The notes beneath the pieces were generated by a model, which was not told the DNA's origin, did not search any database, and saw nothing but the letters and a program-made list of their open reading frames with translations. A stretch of DNA of 48,452 nucleotides, the filler included, from Trypethelium eluteriae (Eukaryota), in assembly GCA_051942245.1 (NCBI GenBank). It is 2 parts of 2 records of this genome, joined end to end, with 100 filler letters (N's around TTAATTAATTAA, not from the genome) between each part and the next. Parts side by side here need not be neighbours in the genome. Positions count along the whole stretch, not along the records: positions 1 to 24,201 come from JAVECL010000406.1; 1 more part is not named here. The stretch is one strand, 5' to 3'. Shown one piece after another: positions 10,396 through 22,196 of this stretch (its first letter is position 1; the number at the start of each line of letters is the position of its first letter). The position numbers and the translations under genes are program-made.

Positions 10396-13300
10396 ATGCC
10401 AGGCCTTATGATTCCACGGCGAAGGAGTCGCTCCGAAGCGGTCAGTCTTGAGGACGAGGACGAGGTAGAATCAGACGCCTCCTCAACTGGTAGCAAACGT
10501 GCGCGCCTATCCACCGTATGTACCACGCTCTAAAATCTACAGACCGCCAGCAAAGAACAAGCCATTCTCTTCGCCTTCTTTATCTGACATGGCTATTAGG
10601 ATACCGCTGTGCGTTCTCGAATCAACGGCATTCACGCGTACACGAATGGCGCAAGCACCGCAAGTGACGATCATGAGCACCAGCCTGGCTCTATCGTAAG
10701 AGTCAAACTCAAGAATTTTGTGACATATACTGCAACCGAATTTCATCCTGGACCGAGTCTGAATATGGTCATTGGTCCCAACGGAACCGGAAAAAGTACA
10801 CTTGTCTGTGCGATTTGTTTGGGCCTTGGCTGGGGTGCCCAGCATCTGGGACGTGCAAAGGAGCTCTCGGAGTTTGTCAAATATGGTGCGCGCGAAGCTG
10901 AGATTGAAATCGAACTCAAGGCTGGAGAGAGGCAGCGTGGAAGGAACCCCATAATCAAGCGCCATATCAAGCGTGAAGGCAACAAGACCACGTGGTTCAT
11001 CAATGGCACCAGTGCTACGCACAAGCAGGTCCAGTTGCTAGCAAAGTCTTTCTCTATCCAGGTCGATAACCTCTGCCAATTCCTGCCACAAGATCGCGTC
11101 GTTGAGTTTGCAGCCCTTTCACCTGTTCAGCTTCTAGATCAGACGCAGCGTGCTGCCGCTCCCGAACACATGATAGAGGATCATGAACTGCTCAAGCGTC
11201 TACGCAGCGAGCAAAAAAAGGGCCGAGCTGAACAGAGTAACGTTCAGGACAGTCTCGCAAACCTTGAGAATCGACAGAGAGCTCAACGGTTGGATTATGA
11301 GCGAATGCAGGAACGCGAGGCGATTAAGGCACGTGTTGGCGCCCTTTATAAAATGAAGCCCGTGGTCATGTATCGCACCTTTCGTACCAAGGCTCAAGAG
11401 CTGAAAGCCGAGAAAAAAGCGGCCGAAAACTCCTTAAGACAGTTAGAACAGGAGGTGCAACCTGCTATGCAAGCTGCGAATGCGAAACAAGAATACCAGG
11501 ATCAAGTGGGCTCTGTTGTTACGACCAGAAAGAAGATGGTTGAGCGACATGAACGGCGCGTGGATGGCTTTTCAAAAGAATTGGAAGATCTCCAGACCAA
11601 AATCGAAGACTGCGAGAACAATAAGAAAGCCGAGAAGACTGGCGACCACGGCCGGAAGAATAAGCTTGAGCGGACCAAGCGAGAAATCATTAGCATCAAA
11701 GCTCGCATGGAAGAAACGCCTCCTGAATTCGACGCGGCGATGTACAACGAGAAGATCAGAGCAGAGAGTCGCACAATTCGAGATATCGAAAATCGCACTC
11801 AGGAAGTTCAAGATTCCATGAGAAACTGCAGGGGTGAAGCCCTGAAACTCAACACCCAGATACAGTCAAAGGAAGAAGAACTTACTCATTTGCAATCCCA
11901 AGCTGGCCAGCAACTGAACAAACTCCGACAGGCATCGCGGGACACGTTCAAACTGTGGGAGTACGTTCAGGATAATCCCGTCAAATTCCAGAGCGAGGTC
12001 TATGGTCCACCTGCCGTCGTCTGCACATTGAAGGATCAACGCTTCGCCGATGCCATCGAATCCATGATTCAACCAGGAGAATTGAAAGCATTTACATGTA
12101 CTTCGCAAGCCGATTTCCAGCATCTGACAAATGTTGCAACCAAGCAATTTGGCTTGACAGACTTTTGCCTCCGTCAAATACATGTAGGATTGGACCACTT
12201 CAAACCTCCTGCATCTGATGAGGAAATGAGGAAGTTTGGACTGGATAGCTGGCTTCTGGACCATGTGCAAGGTCCGGAACCGGTCCTCTCAATGCTTTGT
12301 GACACCATGCGCATTCACCAGACCGGACTCGCTACCTGCGGATTGAGCGATCAACAATTTCAAACACTCTCCTTGAGTGCTGTTTCGTCATTCGTGGATC
12401 GATACAAGGCATATCACATTACTCGGCGCCGCGAGTATGGTCCCAAGGCAACATCAACTCGCGTTCGAGATGTCCGTCCTGCTAAGATCTGGACGAATCA
12501 ACGAGGTAACTCTCATCGTGAGGACGAGCTGAGGCGGGACATCATAGAAGCTAAGGGCGAGAAACAAGAGCTTCAGTCTGAACACGAGCGGCTGAAGAAA
12601 GAGCTTGAATCCCTAAAAGGGCAAGTCGAAGAAGCAAAATCGGAGAAAACGCGGCTTGAAGACGAGAAAGCCACTTTACAAACAGCAGACTCTGAATTCA
12701 AAAACCTGCCAACCAAATTGGAACGACAAGAAACTCAACTTGCTGAGCTCCAGGAACAGGGTGCAGAGCTTAAAGCTCGGCTGTTAACGATTGACCGCGA
12801 AGTAGAGGAATACGCGTTTCAGCGCGGTGACAAGGCAATCGAGTTCGCGCGCGCCGTTGATGTCCTACGAACCCAAGTCAGTGACCTCATCACTGCCGAG
12901 CTCATCAAACTCGAGGCCGCTGCCGACCTCGAGACCCTCAAGGCCCGTAATGCCGACATTGAGAACCTCCTCCGTGAGCGCAGAGCCGAAGTCAACGACA
13001 AGGAAGCAGCGTCCAAGCGTGCCACCGACGACGCCAAGACTTGGATGACGAAGTGTAGGCCCTTGATAGACGCGGAGCGGACGGCAGAGGAGGAGCAGGC
13101 AATGCAAGATACCGAGCGCATGTCGCCCCAGGATCTGGACCTCGAGATCGAGTCGGCCCAGAGTCGGTTGAACTTGCTGCATGAAGGGAACCCCCGTGCG
13201 ATCCAGGACTTTGAGAAGCGCGCCCAGGACATTGAGCGATTGAAGGAGAAGGTGCAGAGTAGTGCAGACGCCTTGGCAGAGCTAGAGCAGCGAATTCAGG

Positions 13301-14158
13301 AGGTGCGAGCGAGATGGGAGCCTGAGCTGGACGAGCTGGTGGCGAAGATTAGCGATGCATTTGCGAAGAGCTTCGAGAAGATTGGATGCGCGGGACAGGT
13401 CGGCGTGCACAAGGACGAGGACTTTGAAAATTGGGCGGTGCAGATTATGGTGCGGTTCCGGTATGTCTTATCCCCTTTCTTCCCTGCCTGACATGTTCTG
13501 GTGCTCGCCCTCTCTTTCGGGCTTTCTCTCAATGTGCTAACGCGAGCCTTTTCCCAGTGAAAATGAAACCCTCACGCAACTTGACTCGCATCGCCAGTCT
13601 GGCGGCGAGCGCGCCGTCTCCACCATCTTCTACCTCATGGCACTCCAATCCCTCGCCCGCGCCCCATTCCGCGTTGTTGATGAAATCAACCAAGGCATGG
13701 ACCCCCGGAACGAGCGCATCGTCCACGAACGCATGGTCGACATTGCCTGCGGTGCCGTCCCTGCTCCAACTGCTGCGCCAGTTGGTGGTCTTGGACGTAG
13801 CCAAACGGCCGAACTGTACGGTACAGGGGACTCGGAGGATGACGAGGTGGACAGTGTCCTAGGTCCTCACAGCGACCTAGGGCGTGGGACTTCGGCCGGA
13901 TTGGACGGGGATGCACAGGGGGAGTCGGTGGCGAGAACGAGCCAATACTTCCTCATTACCCCCAAGTTGCTGAGTGGATTGAAGTATCGGCCAGGCATGA
14001 AGGTGCATTGCATTGCGAGCGGAGAGTACATGCCTGAAGACTGGAAGAAATTAGACTTTGGCAAGATGCTGGCGCATGCGAAATTGGTTGTTGGGAGGAA
14101 TAAGCCTAACTCCAGGCCAAGGAGCTTAGGAAGTAGAGTAGGTAGCGTGTCGGCGTGA
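10396..14158 (+). CDS. SMC5: Structural maintenance of chromosomes protein 5, ~1193 aa; exons 10396-10515, 10600-13460, 13558-14158
   Basis: Walker [20 protein letters not shown], coiled coils and hinge, signature QSGGER, Walker [13 protein letters not shown] and [11 protein letters not shown]. Both introns are GTATGT...YAG and keep the frame. Confidence 0.96.
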
Positions 14159-14554
14159 TATTATTATGATGTTAGTCTCAGACGATCTGCTGGAGTCGCT
14201 ACGAACAGATCGGGATTCGAGGGATTTCTGCTTTTACATGAAATCTCGGTAGCGTCGGTGTTGAAAAACTGGGGAGGTTTGACAGTTGTACTATATACTT
14301 AGACTCGGGAATAGAATAAAGTCGGCGAGAAAATGCAAAGCCGCCCACCAGAGCCATCCTGATTGCCGTGGCTGCTCCTTTAATATCCTTTCATCCTCTC
14401 CTCGCGCGCAACGTCGTTGGACTCATCTTTAATCCTCCTGGCACATGCTGATCTCCTGACCCATCAACAACTCCCTTCCATCCTTTCTTAAGCTCTTTGG
14501 TCGATTACAAGAGACCCACGGTCCTTCTTGTTCAACCCTTCATTATATATCCAC

Positions 14555-15358
14555 TTACGCAGCCGCCTTCGCCTTTTCCGCCGCCCTCTCCGGACTCTCC
14601 ACTATCCCTTTAACCATCTCCTTCTCATCCTTAGCTGCCTTCTTCAACTCATCGGTAAGAGAACTGTTCTTGATGCTCTGGTTGTAAAGGAAGATGCGCG
14701 TGCATTGCGTGGTACCGACGAGAAACACGAAGAAATTGACGGTTGCGAGGCTGCGTTCCAGTTAGCCCCAGATTCCCGTTCCATGTCCTTGGTGCACGGG
14801 TAGCGTTCATCGACTCAGAGGGGTGATGTGAGGCTCCGGGGAGTTGGAAGGTAGAAGAGTAGAGTCAGAAGAAGACATACAAGTAGTTCTTGGGACGAAT
14901 GACAAAGCACCATCGCGTCCAGATCGCACCTGTGGCAACGAGTGCGCCGTTCTGCTGTAACGAGAGATTCTCCGCAGGTCGTGCCAGGTCAGCAATTCCA
15001 GCAAGGACGAGACCCCATTTCATGATCGGTGCCCTAATTATCAGTCATGTATCAGTCAAGCCATTCAGTTGCAGATATGTCCCTATTTCATCCTCATCCG
15101 GAGGTGCGCTTCGAGTCTTGCGCATGGGGACCTAGTATTGCCGGGAGACTAAGCCTACCAGAAATGCACCGTTTTAGGTCCTACTTCCGAGTTCCACAGT
15201 TTCGTGAAGGCACTCTCGTTCTTGGGAGGTTCGACATTCGTCTCTGCAACGGTTTGCACGCGTCGGCGACCGAACTGCTGCCGCATCGGGGCCCATTGTG
15301 AGGTGCGAAGGCCGGCTCTGGAGGCGCGAAAGAGATGAAGAGGATTGCGACCAGCCAT
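14555..15358 (-). CDS. MPC2: Mitochondrial pyruvate carrier subunit (MPC2-type), ~182 aa; exons 15358-15159, 15033-14881, 14750-14555
   Basis: The spliced product contains GPKTVHFWAPIMKWGLVLAGIADLARPAENLS and ATGAIWTRWCFVIRPKNYFLATVNFF. Confidence 0.93.
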
Positions 15359-15975
15359 TGCGAGTGTATTGATCCTATGCCGTGAGCAGGGAGTGGAGAG
15401 ATATACGGTGGGTGTTAGAGTCGCTGGTCCCGGGTTCCGGAGTTTACGTAGAGGCCGCACAAGGTGGAGCTCCGGTTTCGGTAGATGAGACGGGCGAAAT
15501 GTTGGCGGATACTCGAGCGCTACAGAGAGCCACAAGAGCCTCTGTGTTTTGCAAGGAGATGGACAACAATAGGCTACTTCCATTCACAACACATCTATTT
15601 CAGCAGGCTGATTCGATATCGACTCATTGGCGCCTGGAGGAGAACTCCCTTTAATAAATCCCTATTGGCCATGCATAATCCTGCCATGTATTCCTGCAAA
15701 GGGAAATTGACAACTAGTATAGTTGGAAATACTCTTCTGGTGGGCGGGGAGGACAGTTAAAAGGTACAGACAAGCTGTAAAATTTGGCAGATTCCCAAGT
15801 TCCCTATGCGTAAAGTTGCTGTGCCATGCAGGACTCTCAAAAGGCGATGTCTAACGCTTAGGATTAATTAGAGATGAATAGGTAATGTACAACCCAGCTA
15901 ACAGCAAATGTTGTCGTTACTCTACGTCGAGTACAGAACGTGACCAGTCAAAGGGGTCTTGCTTCACTACAATCC

Positions 15976-17427
15976 CTACAAGTCCCAGCGCTCATCATCA
16001 TAAGTCTCTTCAACAAATGGAGCCAATCTCTCCTTGAGATCTTCAACCGTCAACTCCTCATCGTAAGTCCACTCCTGGTATTGAACACCCTCACTACCAG
16101 AAATCTTCTTAGGTGGAATTAGGACATTACCAACTACTTGGATGACACCATCCCTGGCAATACCATCCTGTACAACGACACGAGAAAAGGCATTGACCTT
16201 GATGGTGATGAAAGGTCCATAGCGTGCCACATCAACAGCGAGAGAGCGAGTCTCATCGCCATCCTCGAGCATCGTTGGCAAGTCGAGATGGAAGTATCCT
16301 GACTTCTCATCCACAGACTCCTCCTCATCCTCATCAGCCTTGTAGTACGCATCCGAGTAGAGTGTGTTGCCAGGGGCAACGTGGTACTTCAGCAACGCCT
16401 CGAGATACTTCAATCCCGGCCGACTGAACAAGAAGGCATTGATTCTCGGTCCCAGCCTCTGGAAAGCTCCGTTCGACGGTGCGAACAGCGTGCCCCCGGG
16501 ATGGTCCGTCGTGTTCAGCTTCTCCAGCAAGCCGGTCTTACCCAGGCCGAGCTCGAGCGTCGAGAACTCGCCCGGTAGCAAATCGATGATGGTGATGACG
16601 CGGGGTGGAGGAATGATTAGGGAATCGACGGCGTGGATGACGCCGTTGGTACCGAACACGTCGATGGCGACAATGCGGCTGTAGAAGTTGACGGTGAGGC
16701 CGCGAAGACCGACATTGATGCTCAGACGCTGTGGGAGAGGGCTGGAGCCGAGCGAAGAGGAGTTGAGAAGAGTTGGGATGGTGTGGGTTTTCAGGACGCG
16801 GCCGGCGGGGTAGAAGGAGGGGGAGACGTGGTAAGAGAGGAGGGCAGCAATTTGCTCGGGACTCGGTTCGGGAGCGCCCTCAGGTATCTTAGCGAAAGCC
16901 CTGTCGGTTGGCGCGAAGACAGTGAAGTTAGCAGAGGTGCCATTGAGGAGCTCTACGAGGTCTTCATTGTCGTTGATTAGCTTGGCAAGCTTGGTTGTAT
17001 ATTTGCTCTCAGCAATAAGCTCATAGACTGTTTTGTTTGGCTTATGGTGGGGATGATGAGGTCGATCGTAGAGAGCGTCCTTGATTTGCACTGGAGCTTC
17101 CTCGAGGACAGTGTCGTCGAAAGAATTCTTGGTGGATTGAAACCACGCCTCTGCATCATAGCCAACCTGGTGAATGGTTTCATACGCCGCTTCCCCAGAT
17201 TCGGCGACATGATCGAATGCTTGATCAAAGGCATCCTTATTTAGCTCGGCCACTTCACCCGCAGCATCTCTGAGACTTCCTAAAACATCAGAGCGGGAAG
17301 GGATGGATTCATAGAATGATTTGGCTTTAGATTTGGTCTCGATTGCCACATCCTTGAGTACCTGCTCGTCCGGAAGAACGAAGGCAGTGCCAACAGCAGC
17401 CAAAGGCACAAGCTGGGTGAACCTCAT
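15976..17427 (-). CDS. Secreted fasciclin (two FAS1 domains) protein, 483 aa
   Basis: Signal peptide. FAS1 H1/H2 motifs occur twice: FTVFAPTDRAF...NGVIHAVDSLI and TLFAPSNGAF...DGVIQVVGNVLIPP. Confidence 0.9.
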   Translation of the reverse strand: MRFTQLVPLAAVGTAFVLPDEQVLKDVAIETKSKAKSFYESIPSRSDVLGSLRDAAGEVAELNKDAFDQAFDHVAESGEAAYETIHQVGYDAEAWFQSTKNSFDDTVLEEAPVQIKDALYDRPHHPHHKPNKTVYELIAESKYTTKLAKLINDNEDLVELLNGTSANFTVFAPTDRAFAKIPEGAPEPSPEQIAALLSYHVSPSFYPAGRVLKTHTIPTLLNSSSLGSSPLPQRLSINVGLRGLTVNFYSRIVAIDVFGTNGVIHAVDSLIIPPPRVITIIDLLPGEFSTLELGLGKTGLLEKLNTTDHPGGTLFAPSNGAFQRLGPRINAFLFSRPGLKYLEALLKYHVAPGNTLYSDAYYKADEDEEESVDEKSGYFHLDLPTMLEDGDETRSLAVDVARYGPFITIKVNAFSRVVVQDGIARDGVIQVVGNVLIPPKKISGSEGVQYQEWTYDEELTVEDLKERLAPFVEETYDDERWDL

Positions 17428-18603
17428 GACTGCAGAGAGGTGAAAGGTTCAAGAAAGCAAGGTGAGAAGTGAAATCAAAATCGAAGTCAAGGGAATGGGA
17501 AAGGCATGTTGGTATAGTAGCGGGCTAGGTATGTGTGGTAGCTAGCCAGCAGTGATGACGACTACGTATCGGTGCCTTGCGGAATCGAGATCCGAGCACG
17601 ACAGCAGCTTCGCTGACCAAACCGATTCGACAAAAGGCAGAAAAGGCTAGCCGCTCGTCGTTTGAGGAGTAGCATTGCTATTTTCGATGGCGATTCCTAC
17701 GGAGTGCTCTCAAACGTGACTCGTTCGAGCATCGCTTTGGATTGTCTCTCTAGTTTGGTTAGTTTGGTAGGTTTGCTGACGCAACCCAACCTCCCAGTGT
17801 CGTCACACCGGTCATCACCGGCTTGGATGAATGCCTGAAGTTTTTCCTTCGCTCGGCTTACCTAACATGGTATCTTGGCGAGAATAGAGATTTGAAGAGT
17901 AGCGAAATTCCGACGCAGGTGACTCCAAATTTCGGCCCAGCATAAGTGGCATGTGGAGTGTGCGAGATGGGTCAAAAGCAGCTATCACCCCATCACCCCA
18001 TGTACCTCCGTACATGCTCCGTTCCAAGCCTCAACTCCACAATGACGCTGGATTGAGACTAGCTGTTTCGAGCTCCATCGAAAGTGGTCCGCAGCTTCCG
18101 ATGAGCCAATCCCAAGTGATGTAAGTCTCAGACAGTCAATTGAGGTCCCCCGCTTAGGCGGTAAGCACATTTTGCCATGAAATTGCATTGACAATGGCTA
18201 TAGCAAAAGTCTTAGAAAGCAGATAGACGCATGCATCGTAAGCTTAGGTGCTATGAACAAGCGAACGAAATACTGACAGTGGTTTGGTGTATGCAAAACA
18301 AGCTTTACCAAGCATTTACGATCGACGGACTCGAACTGGCCTGGGCCAGTCATATCTCGCGAACCTTGGTGGTCGGACGAGCTACGTCAGGGGAAATGGA
18401 ATCTCTACCAGTAATTTACAGCAGTACCCATGCACCTGGCGCAAAGTCCGGTTTTTTGACACATCGAAAACACAACCCCATTTCCCCACAGCCCCACTCT
18501 ACGAGCTCTATTAGAGCCTTCCACATGCTTTGTTCTGGTGTGCTTCATCCTTTTCATCATTTCCCTCCAAAAAAGTACCTGAGACTCTACACCAGGACCG
18601 ACA

Positions 18604-20589
18604 ATGGCTGGACTTGCAAGACATGTATTGAATTGACTAGTTCCTAAGAATTTACCATGTTCCCCAGCTGATTGTTCGTTAGATTGACCCCGAAGAGCTT
18701 GTACATTCTCTGCATGAGAAACCTCATTCTCATCGTGGAAAACATGCTGGGTCTTCAGCTTCCCACTCCGTGACTCCGTATTCTACTCGCTACAATAGCC
18801 AGTACGAGCTGTCCAAATTCAAGATTCCCCATGATGGTGCCCCGGCAGACGCCGTACATCAGCTGCTCAAGGACGAGCTTGACCTTGATGGACGCCCCAA
18901 TCTCAACCTCGCTTCTTTCGTGGGCACCTATATGGAAGACCAAGCTGAAAAGCTCATGATTGAGAACTTGTCTAAGAACATGTCTGATGCTGATGAATAC
19001 CCGGCCATGATGGATATGCATGCCAGATGCGTCAGTATTATTGCCCACCTCTGGGGTGTGCAGAAAGGCGAAAAGGCCATCGGAACTGCTACCACCGGAA
19101 GCAGTGAAGCCATTCACCTCGGTGGATTGGCCATGAAGCGGAGGTGGCAAGAGAAGCGACAGGCGGAGGGCAAGGACACTTCCAAGCCCAACATCATCAT
19201 GGGCTCCAATGCCCAGGTTGCACTCGAGAAGTTTGCTCGTTACTTCGAAGTCGAGGCCCGTATCTTGGATGTGAGCGAGAAGTCGCGGCACAGACTCGAT
19301 CCGGAGCTTGTGAAGCAGAATATCGATGAGAACACCATCGGTATCTTCGTCATCCTGGGCTCAACCTATACAGGACATTACGAGCCGGTAGAGGAGATAT
19401 CCAAGATTTTGGACGAGTATCAGCAGAAGACTGGAGTAGATATCCCTATCCATGTTGATGCTGCGAGTGGTGGGTTTATTGCGCCATTCACACACGCGAA
19501 GGCAGGTGGCCCGAAATGGTGAGCTCAGGGAAATTTTGGTGGGATGGAAAAAGGTATTAATAAAGCCCAGGAACTTTGAACTCCCTCGCGTGAAATCAAT
19601 CAACACCTCCGGCCACAAGTTTGGCTTGGTCTATGCTGGCGTGGGATGGATCATTTGGCGAGATGAATGTACGCACTCTTCTGCCGTTCCGAAGAAAACA
19701 TGACTCTGGCTAACGAGACGGATGACAGCTTACCTACCCAAGCATCTGGTCTTTGAACTGCATTATCTCGGAGGCACCGAAGAATCGTACACTCTCAACT
19801 TCTCACGCCCTGGAGCGCAGATCATCGCCCAGTACTACAACCTGATCCACCTCGGATTCACCGGGTTCCGTTCCATCATGGAAGACGCCTTAGCCAATGC
19901 TCGACTGCTCAGCAAAAGTCTTGAAGCAACAGGCTGGTACCGCTGTGTAAGCGACATTCACCGCAAGAAGGGTGATTTCGAGTACAGAAAGGGGGAGAAG
20001 CCGTTCGAAAAAGAAGGGGAAACAAGCGCAGATTACAACGCCGGACTGCCCGTAGTTGCTTTTACTCTGACAGAAGATTTCCACAAGCAGTATCCTCATG
20101 TAAAGCAGGTCGCGGTCAGCAACTCGCTGAGGGCCAAACAGTACATCATTCCAAGTAAGTCTTACCTGCATGCGCTGTGTTACCCGACCTGGGCGATGTG
20201 ACTAGCCGGATCGTGCCGAGCAACCGTGACTTGCAGGCGGCAGCTAGTTTTGACTTCACCATCACCCCATCTTGTTTCATCTTTACGCTCGTCTCTCTAG
20301 CGCTAATGCCTTTTTTCCAGATTATCCGCTGCCGCCTGGAGAGGAGAAGACCGAGATCCTGCGAGTCGTGGTGCGAGAATCCATGTCGATTGACCTGCTT
20401 GACCGCCTGATTGCAGACATCTGCGCAGCAACGGAAACTTTGATCAATAGTGACGAAATTGACCTAGCTGCATGGCAGCCATTTAGTAACAGCGTCGAAA
20501 AAACGCATTCGAGTGCTGGTCAAAAGAGCCATAACAAGCACAAAGCAAAGCGGCCAATGAGTCATGGTGTTCATCGCAGTGTGTGCTAA
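18604..20589 (+). CDS. GAD1: Glutamate decarboxylase (PLP-dependent), ~549 aa; exons 18604-18624, 18683-19518, 19571-19668, 19729-20154, 20321-20589
   Basis: [39 protein letters not shown] and the PLP lysine in [11 protein letters not shown]. Four GT-AG introns keep the frame. Confidence 0.95.
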
Positions 20590-22196
20590 AGGACCTAGAG
20601 GTTGGGGTACGGCATTGGTATACCAACGAGGTCCTGAATGCTGCAAGGTAAAACCGGGGGGTAAGAAAGTACCTAAGGTGGGCAAAGGATCGATCCACGG
20701 AGAACAGCAAATGGCGATGCGGAGGGAGATTGCTTCTTCTGATAGCGTGCACCAACGCCTCGGAGCGGTGAAGAAGATGCCGTGGTAAAGTTGAGTAGTA
20801 AACTAGGCCTCAGTAACGAAACCAGTGGTCTGGAATCATCTATACATACCGAGGTTGCCCGTCTCTTACCGAATAAACAACGTGAACCGTGTCGGCGGTA
20901 CCATCTGTTGTGCGATCTACCGCTTGTCTCCGACGCTAGTCTCTCCGTATTCTGTGCATCATGATGTCTTTGAGACTGCGCGGGTCAAACGAGCCGACAA
21001 GGCTGATTCTTGATGCTTTCCGTGGCAACGCTTCTGATAGACTTTCTCATTCGCAGGCGTAACAACCGAGGAGTTTCCAGCAATCGGGCAGTCCGACCCC
21101 GGTCTATGGGGCCGAGTGAGATGTCAAAAGACGGTACTGACGGGCAGGTGGCAGAGAGTCGTGCCTAGTGTCTAGTGGGCATGTGCGGATTAGCGGCTGC
21201 ACTTTAATTTAGGTAGATCTTGACACCTCATAGATCTCGTCCCCACACACACACACAAAAATGAGGAAAGCTGAAGCGCAAGGCACCATGTACTGAGATT
21301 GCCGGGCCTGTCATCCAGTCGATCGCCGAACCAGCCATCTGACCTTCCCGTCACCAAGCCAGATCCATGCGTTCCGTGATGCAGATGCTGCGTTGGCGCA
21401 CGACCCGATGCTTAAACGACGGAAGTCTGTGTGTCTCTCTAATCTTTCCAGTCCAGCTCGCAAGCGCGATTTTTGGTGCTTTCACCCTTTGGTCGACGAT
21501 TCTGCTGTCCCGGTACTGCGTAGAGTACCCTGCAGTACTACGAGCTACCGATCCTTGGTTGAATGTCGCCCCTGCTGGCAGCGCCATTTTTCGAGCTCGA
21601 TAACCTTTATCAAGGGATGCCTAGAGGGCGATCTGCGCCGGGACCCGAGCCTTCTTCCCACTTACCAGCGAGCCAATCTAGGTCTATGATGCTGTCAAGC
21701 ATGGGATCTTTTTTCTTGTTGGACATGGCGCGACGCATGAAACGCTTTGCTAGCTGTCTTGATAGCCTCTAGCATCTCGCGCATCCTGTCACTTGCTCTT
21801 AAACGGGTTGGCTCGTCCAAACTGACAACCCAAAAGACCATAGATCATCCCGCTGGTCCTACGCGAAGTAGACGGTGCTGCCTCGATCGTCTTCAGCCTC
21901 GTGAGAGGTCCCCTTGGACGGTGCGACTCTAGCTTAGTGCGGGTGATGCATACATCCCTCTCTGGCGCTTCAGTGCCAAATGAAGAGACCTGCCTTGTTG
22001 CCACGTCGGGAGAGCTATCCCGTTTGGAGTTGTAGTCTGCATTCGATTTCTGATATTTCGCACATCTCATGACAAAACTTTGAAATGTCTTTGAGTCCTT
22101 ACATATCCTGCCCTTGACTGGGGTTCAACCCGGCTCCGCGATACCCTCTGGCTTTGATCTTGTTCTAAGTTTGGTTGTTTATTTCCACCAGGGACC

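Noticed and set aside
8511..13232. Numerous antisense or overlapping ORFs in the ORF track within FUM1 and SMC5 (likewise in GAD, fasciclin and the last ORF)
   Set aside because: Shadow ORFs caused by codon bias of the real genes; no independent motifs.
17751..17775. Short tandem repeat TAGTTTGGT x2-3; also (CA)n near 21244 and CTGGCAGAGG x2 near 29337
   Set aside because: Ordinary micro/minisatellites with no spacer structure; not CRISPR-like or transposon ends.
21351..22070. Short ORFs and many GATC words upstream of the cryptochrome (possible degenerate gene or White Collar light-response elements)
   Set aside because: I recognised no family motifs, and GATC is too short to call without conservation data.
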